Assembly: GCF_963676685.1 (NCBI RefSeq)
Contig: NC_092353.1
Coordinates: forward strand, 20,307,307 to 20,371,306
From: Mytilus edulis
Lineage: Eukaryota
Length of the DNA: 64,000 bases
Reading direction: 5' to 3'
A program made the translations under genes and the position numbers. Position 1 is the stretch's first letter. Each line of letters opens with the position of its first letter. The notes below the pieces were generated by a model. That model was not told the origin of the DNA. It saw nothing but the letters and a program-made list of their open reading frames with translations, and made no database searches. Shown one piece after another: positions 12,531-24,200 of the stretch.

Positions 12531-13080
12531 ATATACGACGAAAAATTTTTCAAATTTTGCGGTCGTATAAAAATAGATATAACAAAAACATTTTCATCAC
12601 AGGAAAAAAACTTAATAAACTTACTGCTAAAAATATGACTATAAAAACATATGATATTAAGTGAATTTAATATCATCTTTAGTCCTTCAAATACCTATTT
12701 GGTAGTGAAATCTTTATGTATTAGGTGAAATTGTTTGTTTCAAGTGACTTTAGATTAGATTAAACAGAGATCCATGATAGTAGGGGAATTTTGTAACTGA
12801 AACTGATTAACAAACATTTAATATAATTGCATCATTATCATCAATTAATAATTACATTAAATGTATGTTTCACTATAATACGTTATTCTGATTGGCTAAC
12901 TGTACGTCACATGTTATTCCTTAAGCAGTTGTATCACACAATAAAACTTTTCATTCATGATGACACGAGGTCCCACAATAAAGTGCACAGGTAAATGAAA
13001 TAAATACTTGATAAAAGGCGTGTTTTCATGATCCTATAGGTAAAAATGTAATTATAAGTATTGAATGCTTTTTTTTGTAA

Positions 13081-13190
13081 CTTTATAGGGTTGTAAAAGC
13101 GTTGACCGTGTGCACATTTTTAGTATGAAGCGCTTCTGCGCTTCATACAAAATGTACTTCGGTCAACGCTTTTACACCCCAATAAATTTA
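13081..13190. repeat. ~110 bp near-perfect palindrome (foldback/cruciform-capable)
   Basis: 'ctttatagggttgtaaaagcgttgaccg' ... inner 'gaagcgcttctgcgcttc' ... 'cggtcaacgcttttacaccccaataaa'. Confidence 0.5.
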
Positions 13191-14347
13191 CAAAAAAGAG
13201 CATTTAATTCTTGAATAATAGATACATGGTTATAATAGGTTCAATACCAAAACCAATTTAGATATATTAAAACATAACAATTATAATTATATCACAATTT
13301 AGCAGATAATTAGCAATAAAAAACATAGTTAAAAGTGAATATGTTTGTAATATCTAGCTGCAGTATTGTGTTTTATGAACAAAAATATAAAATAACATTA
13401 TACATTGGCAATCTGTATAAAGACAAATGAAGTTCTGAAGATGTCCAAAATATGACCACTTAAATATGTTACAGACTTGATAGCAAAATGTAAACATCAT
13501 TAGACAATAAAATTATGAATTAAAAAAAACATAAAACAACAATTAAATCATTAATCAAATAACATACATACATAGAAATAAAAATAAAACAATATGCTTT
13601 TAAAAATGTTATAACAAAAATTTACAAAAAACTAATTTTTATTTTACAATTTGTGTTAATAAATTAAATAAAAGTTATAATATCCATGATATCATAGCCT
13701 TTGTAAAAATGTATAATAATGGCATTTTGAAATTTGTATAACATAAAACTTATTTGTGCAGAGCACTTGCAGTAACTCAATTTTTCTCTTGCAGTTTAAT
13801 TGAGATTTCATGAAAATTTGTCTTTTTGTTCAACAATTTGTACATATCATGAAAGGTAAACTTTTATTTGACTTTCAAACATTAATTCAATATATTCAAC
13901 AGAAATTTGCAGGACGCCATCATCTATGTATTATTATATCATTATTACCAATAAAATATTTTTTCTTTATTTAGATATTTTGAGATGGACAGTGTTAATT
14001 AAAATTCTTTTTTCAAATTTTGTTAACTTTTGTTTGAAAAAAATAAATACATAAATAAAATAAATAAATGAATATTTTGTAAACAACATTATAAGGAACA
14101 AAGTTTTCTATCTCCGTGGTAACCAATACATTTGCACTGAATAACTAATATCATAAATATTGTAAAATGCTACATTTTGAATGGCTAGTCATATAGATTA
14201 TTCAAATCTCTTAGAATCAAAGAAAAAAACCAAAACCATGTCATATTTATTAGCATAAATACTGAAGAGCTACCTTGGTATATAGGGAAAAGAAGTTTTT
14301 TCAATCATTAATTACATTTGGTTTTTCTTTATAAAAAACATAATAAA

Positions 14348-14653
14348 AAATGAGAAAACAAGAATGTGTCCTCAGTACACGAATGCCCCACTCGCACTAT
14401 CATTTTCCATGTTCAGTGGACCGTGAAATTGGGGTAAAAACTCTAATTTGGCACTAAAATTAGAAAGATCATATCATAGGGGACATGTGTACTAAGTTTG
14501 AAGTCGATTGGACTTAAACTTCATCAAAAACTACCTTGACCAAAAACTTTAACCTGAAGCGGGACAGATGGACGGACGAACGAACGGACGGACGGACGGA
14601 CGCACAGACCAGAAAACATAATGCCCCTCTACTATCGTAGGTGGGGCATAAAA
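14348..14653 (+). mobile_element. ~300 bp MITE/SINE-like element with terminal inverted motif (atgccccac / gtggggcat) and internal (GGAC)n-like microsatellite
   Basis: Starts 'caagaatgtgtcctcagtacacgaatgccccactcgcactatcattttccatgttcagtggaccgtgaaattggggtaaaa', ends '...cagaccagaaaacataatgcccctctactatcgtaggtggggcataaaaaa'. Near-identical copy at 56035-56313; partial diverged copy at 19255-19470. Confidence 0.5.
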
Positions 14654-17600
14654 AAGCTCCTCAATAATAATCAAATTGCAATTACTATGCCGAAATTAGA
14701 CCAATGCTTGATAAAACCAGAACCAGGAGTTTTTGGAAAGCATTTGCTATATTTTACTCCATTATCAATTAAATCTTAAGTCACAATGAAATTTAGGAAA
14801 ACAATATTTGGTAGTGGCTCATTTTTCTACAATTAGCACTAAACTACATGTAACATTTTAGCAGCAACATGGCCCCAACAATGGCCCAATTCTAACATGC
14901 CTGAGGTCCATTTATATTCAGTTTCTTTTTGCTGATAGAAGGTTACCATTTTTAACAAATCGGTTGGGGTCTTAAAACATATCTGCCTTGTGATTGGTCT
15001 TTTAGTACTATCTGACAGCCATTGTGTTAGCTCTTGTTGCCATGACTGTTCCAGAATGTGGTCAGATACAAAATCAGGAGATATCAGCTGGATAATAACC
15101 AGAAGTGTTAAAGATGTGGCAAGTAATATCATAATTTCTTCTTGTATTTTTGAAGCTGAAATTAAAAACACAGAAATTCTGTATCTCTTTACATACATAA
15201 TTGTTCACATGTGAAATAAATATTTCTTAAGTCTTATATATTTTTGGTTTAATAAAAGATGTGTAAATATAGTTACTAAATGTAGATATGCACACATCAA
15301 CTGTATTTATAGTCAGCCAAATGAGTTTTACTGATGCAAAATGATGAATTAAACAAAATGACATAATGTTGACAGAAGTTTTCCAAACTTGACTTTGCTA
15401 TACAAATTATAAAAGTTATAGCTTAAAGGGTTTGACAAGACCGTTTGTCTTACCTGCTTTTGCTTGTCAGTGTCATAGTAAAGGTTAATTCTTTTGATAT
15501 AGCTTTATATTTCAGAAGGTAGAATACCAGGATGCTTCAAACCTTGAATACAGATACCATGTAATACAAAGTTTCTGTTTGTCATACATAGTTTTTTAAT
15601 GTAACTTTCTCACTAATTATAAGAAATACAATAAGCATCCATTTGCCTCAGGCATAACAAAAAATTTCACTATATTTTAATTTTAGTGTTGAAGGTAAAT
15701 GATGATAAACAAATGTTTGTTTGTTATGTCTAATCTTAGCAACCTTTACCAGACAATAATCAAAGAGCTGAATAGCTCTAAGGGGAAAGACGGCCCTTGT
15801 TTCTATTTCATTTTTTTTTTTGGGGGGGGGGGGTATTTTTTGATAGTCTTCATATAAAGAATGAAAAAAAGAACAGCTAGAACATGTGGAAGGTTGACAC
15901 TATTGGAATCAATTGTTGTTTAATGTAATTTCGTTTCTTTGGTTTAGGATTCAATTTAGACCAATGGAAGAGATCTGCATCTTCTAAAACTAAAAATTCA
16001 ATTAAAGTTGATAGTTAATTATCTAAAATTCAACTAGTTGAATTCTGTCATTTATCAACAACTACAATTATTTTTGAAATCTTAATAGTGTACGACTGAA
16101 CTGCAGGCTAGGGCCATTTTCCATTTTTTTGTGACAGTACTCTTAAGATTTTAAATTTTTTTCTTAAGAAAGTTAGGATTGAAAAATCTATTCAGTTTTA
16201 AATTTCCATTGATAAAGTTCCCAGTTACATCTCTCATCACAGGGATGCAGGTACTAATAAAAATAAGAATATGATTGATGTAAACTGTGTGAAGCTTGTT
16301 TCCAAATCCTACATTTTGAAATATTTGTAAAATTTCATGAATATTATAAATAGGTTTAAACTACAAAATGCAACTTTTGTAAAAATTTTTGTAACAATTA
16401 CAATGATTATGTTGGTACACAAAATTTAGTTTTAACTACTTATCATATACTAAATGTCACATTTTAAGTGTTTATTTTAGTGGATAATTAGCTCATAATT
16501 GAGGTGCTCCTGAATTGGAGGAAGATTCTCAAAACAGAGTTTTACAGAAAAAAAAATGGAAAAGATCGTTTCTCTCCCCGATCTCATATAGCCCCTCGGA
16601 CTTCCTGTTTACTTTGGAAGTTGTTGACCTACAAATTAAAGTATTGCATGTTGATGTTTGAATCATCTACAGCAAACATCATTATGTTTAAATTTAACAA
16701 ATACTTTTTTTTAATAAGTGCACAATCTTTGAAAATGATTTAAATAACCAGTGAAGGATATCTCTGCTGATGCGAAGTGTGGCATTCCAACAATGACGTC
16801 ACTATAAAATATAATGTAGGTTGGATATTTTTAGAATATCTCGTCATACTGATTTTTCCGGATTGTTAAAGAAACGTATATAGTGTAAATGAGAGCTCAA
16901 TATACGATAATTTCGAGATAAACAGAAGGGAAATGTGTAAAAAAGTGTTTAAAGTCAATTTATTCATTTGTGTCTCCCCATCTCATCATTCTCAGTAAGA
17001 TTTGTTGGGGGGTTTTCCACACTTTAAAAACAAAATGAATGATGTGAGGGAATGTCACTCTGGTCAACACCATTGGGGATTGACGGCTTGAAGCCGTCTT
17101 CCCCAAAAATGCAAGTAGACAGTTTACTCTTTTTTTTATTTTAATCAAAACATGAGCATGCATAAATGAATGTCCAAAGTTACCTAATGATTTTATCCCT
17201 GCCTCTTTAAGTATTTTCATACAAGCATCATATTCTATACCAAGTAAGGTACATAACTGTTGAGAAAACTTCCAACTACCATCCTGGAAATAAAGGCAAA
17301 TTTCAACATCTTGTAGTTATATACTATTTATCTAGATCTGTTTCAAAATGAGTAGGCCAGGTAAAACCTCTTTTTAGCCCCAAATCATAGGATTATAACA
17401 AATGGGTTAAAATGAGCACTTTTAGCTATTTATTTAAAAGTAGAATATGTGTTATATGTATGTGTTATAAATTCGTTTAATATTACTGAAATCTTCACAA
17501 TTTTAACATTTATGCTAATTTTATGAAGGTTTTTGTCTAAAATGAAAGAGGTCACACTTGTGTTCAGACTTAATATTTTAACAGAAAACCAAATATAACA

Positions 17601-19254
17601 TCCCCTATCTGATCTGGACTAATTATTAACATTGGTGTCTGTAAAATGAGACCTACCTCTTCTTGAATAGCAAATATTTTATTCATACTATATTTATCTA
17701 CTGTTCCTCCTGTCTTCACTGGTTTTATAGTTGAACCGATTCCATAATCGGCCAAATCTGTTGAAGGACCTATAATTATAATTAACAAATATGGAACAAT
17801 GTTCAACAAGGAGATTTATTTTTTCTTTCATTACTCGGTTATTAATCTCATCGGCTGTAGTATCAAGTTTGTTGAGGGTAACAATACTGATTTGTTTATT
17901 TTCTTTTCTGTAAAAGTTTTGTATAAATGAATTTTAATGTGATTTGGTCTCTAGTGGACAGAGTTGCCACATCATTCTTATTCATAAATGTCTTAAACAG
18001 GTTTAAATCCGAAAGGACCAAATTTTATCTAGCCTAATTGAATTTCAATTCTATCAAAAATTTTTACTTTCCTCAGCTTAAAGAAATTGTTGGCTTTGAA
18101 TTATTTCTGATATTTCAGGACATAAATAAATGGCACCCCTCCCAAGATTAGCATGTTCTATATGGGATGCAAATTGTGCCCTAACAGGAGGTGTAAATAC
18201 AGAAGTAATAATAATCATGCCACCATATCTAAATAAGATACAGCCGTATAAGGACAAAAATATGGTCTCCAATAAAACACTTAAGACATCATCACCAAAT
18301 TCATAACCCCTTAGATCATGTGAGTATCTAACCCTCAATCTTGTCATGGCCAAATGTGAAAGTGAAATGAAAACCTTGTAAACAATGACCGAGGATAGAC
18401 AAGACAAAAGATGAAATTTTATACCAGTAGAAACAACTCAGGGGTGTTGAAAATAAAATGCTAGTTCGGTTATCATAACATATAGCTCTAACCCTCTTTG
18501 AATCAAAACTACGTATTAATTCAGGTACTTTCAAAGGGTCATGACAGCACCAATAATAATCAATCTACAGTATTTGACATAAAAGTATGAAATGTAGTTA
18601 CTATATAATATAACTATATTATAAACATTGTAAACATATAAGATATATGTAAATTGTACACAAATCTTGAACATATTATCTATACCTTGTTGCCTAACTG
18701 TTTCTGATCTTGATGACACCTACATTAAAATAAATAAAGATTAAGTCAAAATAGTGCAATGCTTTTGGGTGTTCAATAAATCATTCTATGAGTAACTACA
18801 ATTTATAGCACCATGCAGGGTAAAAAATAACCATAGTGAGTAGAACTCAATTTGTAGAATTTAACTTTTTCAATTTAAAATGTATAATAAAGGGTTCATC
18901 TGAGAAATAGAATTAAAGCAATATTATCTCCACATCTTAAATTTCATGAACCATGAGAACCATAATGCCATAATTCATGATATTTTGAAAATTATAGAAC
19001 ACAAGCAAGTGCTTTTTCCTAGAAAAATATCAAATTGTGTGCCTTTACCGTTTAAGTTCAAGGTCAAATTATATTTGGACCATTTTATGCAAAAAATGAT
19101 ATCTTTCTGAACATTTTCCCTGTCTGCATGTGAACTTGCCCAGATTCTGACACTGATTAGATTTTTGTTTCATGCATTTCAATATATAAGTGCCTGGAAA
19201 ATATTGAATAGTGTTCAAATGATATTTATGATCTATTTACACACAAGATTTTTC

Positions 19255-19470
19255 AAATTCAGTGGACCATGAAATTTGGGTAAAAATCTAATATGGCATT
19301 GAAAATAAAAAGATCATAGCATAAGGAACATGTGTAATAAGTTTAAAGTTGATTGATCTTCAACTTCATCAAAATCTACCTTGAACCAAAATTTTAACCG
19401 AATGAGGGGCAGACGGACGAACAAAAGTATGTAAATACCAGATAACATAATGCCCATAAATGGGGCATAA
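19255..19470 (+). mobile_element. Partial, diverged copy of the 14348-14653 element
   Basis: 'cagtggaccatgaaatttgggtaaaaatctaatatggcattgaaaataaaaagatcata...ggcagacggacgaac...ataatgcccataaatggggcataaaaa'. Confidence 0.35.
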
Positions 19471-20139
19471 AAATTACATGTTTACAACAAAAATTTCAGT
19501 GTTCTTCCCTTAAAAGATGCAAATTTTGATTGCCATGTTTCTATGTGTAGCATATCAAGCGCAGAAAGATAGTTTGTTCCTATTAAGGGACGACATCAAA
19601 AGTTCAATGAAGGATAAAAAACTTAATTCATATAGTTTTTTCACTGACCCCCACACCCCCCCTCTTAACTTAATTTGGGAAAAATTGATTTACCAATAGG
19701 GATATATGTAAAAATCGATTTTAGATATACAAAACTTGCAGAATTTTAACCCCCCCACCCCCAAACTATTTGATTTAAGTTTTCTATCCTACATCGATCT
19801 TTTGATGTCGTCCCTAAGTTAGAGGGTTTTAAAATACCCATCAATTCATATATTTCTCAAAATTACCATTGTTCAAGGCATAAATATTTAATGTAAAAGT
19901 TTCCAACCCAATCTTATATTTGACAGCAGTATCGTGGTTGGAAGGACAGTAAGAAAAGTTTCTAACCTCAAATAATCTGCATGGTTACAGTGCCTTTATG
20001 TTTTATCCTGTTTGCAATGTTCATATGGGCTTAGTTCAGTTTTCCTTGCTGCATCTAAGCAAGATGGAGATGCAACATTTTTTACCTGATTTAAGTGTGC
20101 GTATGGATAACTAGCGGATTTAGGGGGTTTTGGGGGGTT

Positions 20140-20172
20140 CGCAACCCCCCCCCCCCCCCCCCCCCCCCCCCC
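20140..20172. repeat. Long poly(C) homopolymer (~32 nt) flanked by G-runs
   Basis: 'gggggttttggggggttcgcaacccccccc...cccgcttg'. Other long homopolymer runs: T(n)G(n) at 15817-15845 and 30607-30635; C(n) at 22610-22630. Confidence 0.9.
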
Positions 20173-20724
20173 GCTTGAAAATCTTAAAATATTTTTTGTA
20201 TTAACCATTTCTTGTTTTAATGTTATCTTTACTATAAATTGAATATCTAGCACTGAATAGCGTGACAGTTTGTAGCTACACACCTTTAAATATACACATG
20301 TCATAATTACATTGGCCTGAGGGTAACTTGATACTTAGAGGATCAAAGGATTTAATTAAGACAATCAAAGGCAGGTATCCCTATATTTTATTACTTTGTT
20401 GGTTTTATGATTAAAACGATGTTTTTTGTTAGATAAGATTTGAAGAAAAATACTTTTTCACCCTATCAAATATAAGATTTTTTTTTAGAAAATGACACTT
20501 GCTGAATCTAAGGATATTGCAAACTTTATTTCCACATCTGTACCTAGTGCTCAAATGTATAGCATTCTAAATGAAAACTGGAATCCACCTAGTTCTTTAC
20601 CTTTTCATAAACGTGAAATATACCGGTTAGAAAGATGCTTCTAATATGCGTGGCTGTACTATTTCCCATGCATTGTCTATTCAACTTCAAAGTACGAAAT
20701 TTATTGCAAATTTTGCGTTTTGTT

Positions 20725-22357
20725 CAGACATGGGGTCAATTACATTTGAAAGTAATTAATTACATTCAATTACAATTACAAAATCTTCAATTAAATTACA
20801 CATTACATTTGACTTTTTTTACCAATGTAATTAATTACATTCCAATTACTTGGCAAATGTAATTAATTACTTCAATTACATTTGAAAGGAAATTTAAGAT
20901 AAAACATTGAAAACATGCATTTATTCTATGATATGTACATAAGTATTATACATTGCTCTATAGTTATAACAATTAGACAGTGTTCAACTAGTATATACAT
21001 TTTTGTATTGTGTCATATAACTTATTTAAGCATTTTCCCATTACATTTGACCATCATCAGCTTTTCAAATGTTCCATCAGCCAGTCTGCACCTTTCCGGC
21101 CTAAATGTTTTTCCAGCAGTGCTAAATAAGCGTTCAACTGGTGCAGATGTGGCTGGAATAGCTAAATATTGCACTGCTAACTTAGCTAGACGTGGTAAAC
21201 GTTGACAGTTACTATGCCAATACAAAAGAGGGTCTTTTGACATATCAATACAATTATCTGACAAGTAATCATCCATTTCTGAACTTACAGAAATCCCTGA
21301 AGGGTTTCTTTTTCTTTCCACTGATGGGGCTGGCATGAAACTGAAAAGATCATCATTTTTTGCTCGCTTACATGGGGGAGAATTTTGATCACAAGGGGGC
21401 TCAGATGATGTAGGGACTTGACTAAGTTTGTCCTTAACAACAGCTAAACACTGATCAATCTGTTCAGTTTCACACCATCTGGTCTTAAATCTTGGGTCTA
21501 AAAAGCTAGCAAGAATATATGCTTCATCCTCTACAAACTGAAACAATCTTTCTTCAACAGAAGATTTCAATGATTTTATCATTTTACAATTATAGTCAAC
21601 TGATATAAGTTTTAACTGGTGTTTTAATCCAAGTGTTACAGGAATTGGCAAGCTAGCATAAAATGTTTTCTTTCAACATTCATATATATAGTGAACAAAT
21701 TTTGCAAGTGAGATTTTGTCATATGCATTATCCCTTCAAGAATTTAAACATGTACCTATAGGCCCTAGGGGTATATTTATCTCTCTCTAATTAGCCTTAT
21801 ATCTGTTTAACATAACTGTTATAAAAACAGTCATTATATAGTTTGTAATAAAACAAATAGCCAGAGGTTATATTTATTGGTTATTTAAGTCCTTGAATAA
21901 AGTTAATTATGTTAAATCAATGTCTTAAAATATCTATCTAAATCTACTAATTAAGGTCAAGACAGTGACTTCCTAGTGGTTTCTTTTAAAATTATGGCAT
22001 GTGTCTACATTTTTTTTATCATTCAATACAAAATGAAGAATCTACCATGGTTGTGTTAATACAGAAAGTATACTGTGAAGGCTTTTCTTTGTCAGCTTAC
22101 AACATTTGTTAAGATTATTGCTTTTAATAATTTTTTGAGAAAACACAAGATTTAATCTTTTGATCCAAAATTTCAAATGTAATTGACTTGTAATTGAAAA
22201 GTAATTGTCAATTACAGGCAATTTTGGCTATGTAATTAATTACATTCAATTACATGTAATTGAAAAAATGCTCAATTACACATTACATTCAATTACATGA
22301 TAAATTGTAATTAATTACAGTCAATTACAATTACATATTTCAATTACCCCATGTCTG
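20725..22357 (-). mobile_element. hAT-superfamily DNA transposon, internally deleted (non-autonomous)
   Basis: Perfect 12 bp TIRs: CAGACATGGGGT at 20725-20736, and its reverse complement ACCCCATGTCTG ending at 22357. Perfect 8 bp TSD GTTTTGTT at 20717-20724 and 22358-22365. Sub-terminal arrays of 'aattacatt' repeats on both arms. Internal ORF encodes the hAT C-terminal dimerisation domain. Confidence 0.85.
21022..21651 (-). CDS. hAT transposase C-terminal fragment (hATC dimerisation domain); N-terminal and catalytic part missing
   Basis: 'FLDPRFK' motif and 'LAKLAVQYLAIPATSAPVERLFSTAGKTFRPERCRLADGTFEKLMMVKCN' (classic hAT dimerisation signature). No upstream ORF inside the element, so the transposase is truncated. 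Confidence 0.7.
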   Translation of the reverse strand: MPIPVTLGLKHQLKLISVDYNCKMIKSLKSSVEERLFQFVEDEAYILASFLDPRFKTRWCETEQIDQCLAVVKDKLSQVPTSSEPPCDQNSPPCKRAKNDDLFSFMPAPSVERKRNPSGISVSSEMDDYLSDNCIDMSKDPLLYWHSNCQRLPRLAKLAVQYLAIPATSAPVERLFSTAGKTFRPERCRLADGTFEKLMMVKCNGKMLK

Positions 22358-22619
22358 GTTTTGTTCGCTACTGACGACAACCCCGGACAGTTTGTTAAAA
22401 AAACACGTTCATAATTGGGTAAAGCAAATGGTGAATGTAAAAAAATACCACCAAACAGCCTTATTAAGATCACAAAACTTTACCAACACACATGATAAGA
22501 CGCGACCAGTGGAATAGATGCAAGGGGTGATACAGCAATTGCAAAACGGGTAGATACAATCTGTAATTAAATAATTAAAGTAATCAAAAGTTTATTTAGA
22601 GTAACCATATGCCCCCCCC

Positions 22620-23110
22620 CCCCTGAGTTTTGTGGTAATAAACATTGTGTGCATGTTTTATAACATTTAGTTGAGACAAACTTAAGTAAGAGAACGAAAC
22701 AAAAAAAATCAGCAACTTTTCCATTTGTAAAGGGGTATAAAATCAGGTTTCCTTTTACAAAATGTCACTTGGATGGAGAGTTGTCTCATTGGCACTCATA
22801 CCACATCTTCTTATATCTATAACTATAGAAAAGCTTAAGTGATGCCACCAAAATTGGAACTTAAGCATTTTGTATATGTTTCATAATATTTAGTTGAGGC
22901 AAACTTAAGTAAGGGAATGAAAATGAAAAAAAAATCAGCAATTTTTTAATTTGTTAAGGGCAGATTCCTAGAACAGTAGAATGGACGCCATCAAAATTCT
23001 TAACTATGTTTGTGGTCAAAAGCATTGTGTATCAGTTTCATAACATTTGGATGAGGCAAACTAAAGTAAGAGAATGGAAACAAAAAACTTTGCCAATTAG
23101 TAGCAGAGGA
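22620..23110. repeat. ~200 bp repeat, 3 copies (22640-22740, 22860-22960, 23015-23110), interrupted by a SINE 3' fragment at 22750-22830
   Basis: 'gtaataaacattgtgtgcatgttttataacatttagttgagacaaacttaagtaagagaacgaaac...atcagcaacttttccatttgtaaagg'. Another copy at 25800-25880. Confidence 0.5.
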
Positions 23111-24130
23111 AATTATTTTGTAAAAATTTACAAAAATTTACCAAACTAATGAAAATTGTTAAAAATTGAATATAAAGGGCAGTAACTCCTTAAGGGATCA
23201 ACTGACCATTTTGATCATGTTGACTTATTTGTACATCTTATTTTGATGAACATTATTGCTGTTTACAGTTTATCTCTATCTATAATAGTATTTAAGATAA
23301 TAACCAAAAACAGCAAAATTTCCTTAAAAATTACCAATTCAGGGGCAGCAACCCAACAACCAGTTGTACAATTCATCTGAAAATTTCAGAGCAGATAGAT
23401 ATTGACTTCATATACAATTGAACCACTTGTCAGATTTGCTCTAAATGCTTTGGTTTCAGAGTTATAAGCCAAAATCTACATTTTACACTCTATGTTCTAT
23501 TTTTAGCCATTGCGGCCATCTTGGTTAATTGGCTGGGGCATCGCACACATTTTCAAACTAGATACCCTAATAATGATTGTGGCTAATTTTGGTTTTTATT
23601 GATGGTAAAAGATTACAGAAATTTATGAAAAAATTGTAAAAAAATGACTATAAAAGGGCAATTACTCCTTAACGGGTCAATTGACCATTTTGATCATGCT
23701 GACTTATTTGTAGATCTAACTTTGCTGAACATTTTTGCTGTTTTCAGTTTATCTCTATCTATAATAATATTCAAGATAATAACCAAAAACTGCAAAATTT
23801 CCTTAAAATTACTATTTTGGGAGCTGTCAGAGCAACCCAATAACGGGTTGTCTGATCTGTCTGAAAATTTGAGGGCAGATAGATCTTGATCTGATATAAT
23901 TTTAACCCCATGTCAGACTTGCTTTAAATGCTTTGGTTTCAGAGATAAAAGCCAAAATCTACATTTTACCCCTATGTTCTATTTTTAGCCATGGTGGCCA
24001 GCTTGGTTGGTGGGCCGGGTCACTGGACACATTTTGTAAACTAGATACCCTAGTGATGATTAAGACCAAGTTTGGTGAAATTTGGCCCAGTAGTTTCAGA
24101 GGAGAAGATTTTTGTAAAAGTTAACGATGA
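23110..24130. repeat. Tandem duplication of a ~510 bp unit (2 units, ~85-90% identical)
   Basis: Units at 23130-23640 and 23620-24130, both containing 'tagccat(t/g)g(c/t)ggcca(t/g)cttggtt...ctagataccct'. Array is immediately followed by (GAC)n plus hairpin (24128-24200). Confidence 0.6.
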
Positions 24131-24200
24131 CAAACGGACGACGACGACGTACGCCAAGTGATGAAAAAAAGCTCAGTTGGCCCTTTGGCCAGTTGAGCTA
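24128..24200 (+). other. Element 3' terminus, family B: (GAC)n microsatellite, imperfect hairpin, short tail
   Basis: 'gttaacgatgacaaacggacgacgacgacgtacgccaagtgatgaaaaaaagctcagttggccctttggccagttgagctaataa'. Homologous to 53865-53945: 'gttaacgacgacgacgacgg...caagtggtgagaaaagctcacttggcccttcgggccaggtgagctagaaa'. Confidence 0.5.

Larger units (their letters stand above)
10287..12575. mobile_element. Tandem-repeat-carrying non-autonomous element, family A copy 1 (Helentron-like / pearl-MgE-DTC84-like architecture)
   Basis: Layout: left arm 'gctaaccaggtgctccgcagggcgcagctttatacgaccgcagaggtcgaaccctgaacagttggggcaagtatggaca'; 40 bp sub-repeats at 11215-11300; ~122 bp tandem array at 11305-11865; ~155 bp tandem array at 11865-12460; (ACG)n at 12466-12530; 3' hairpin 'atatacgac...gcggtcgtataaaa' at 12530-12575. 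A second copy with the same arms lies at 55114-56772, and a partial third copy at 31790-32205. Confidence 0.5.

Noticed and set aside
20635-20862. Short ORFs inside the hAT element arms
   Set aside because: They lie in the sub-terminal 'aattacatt' repeat arrays and are non-coding.
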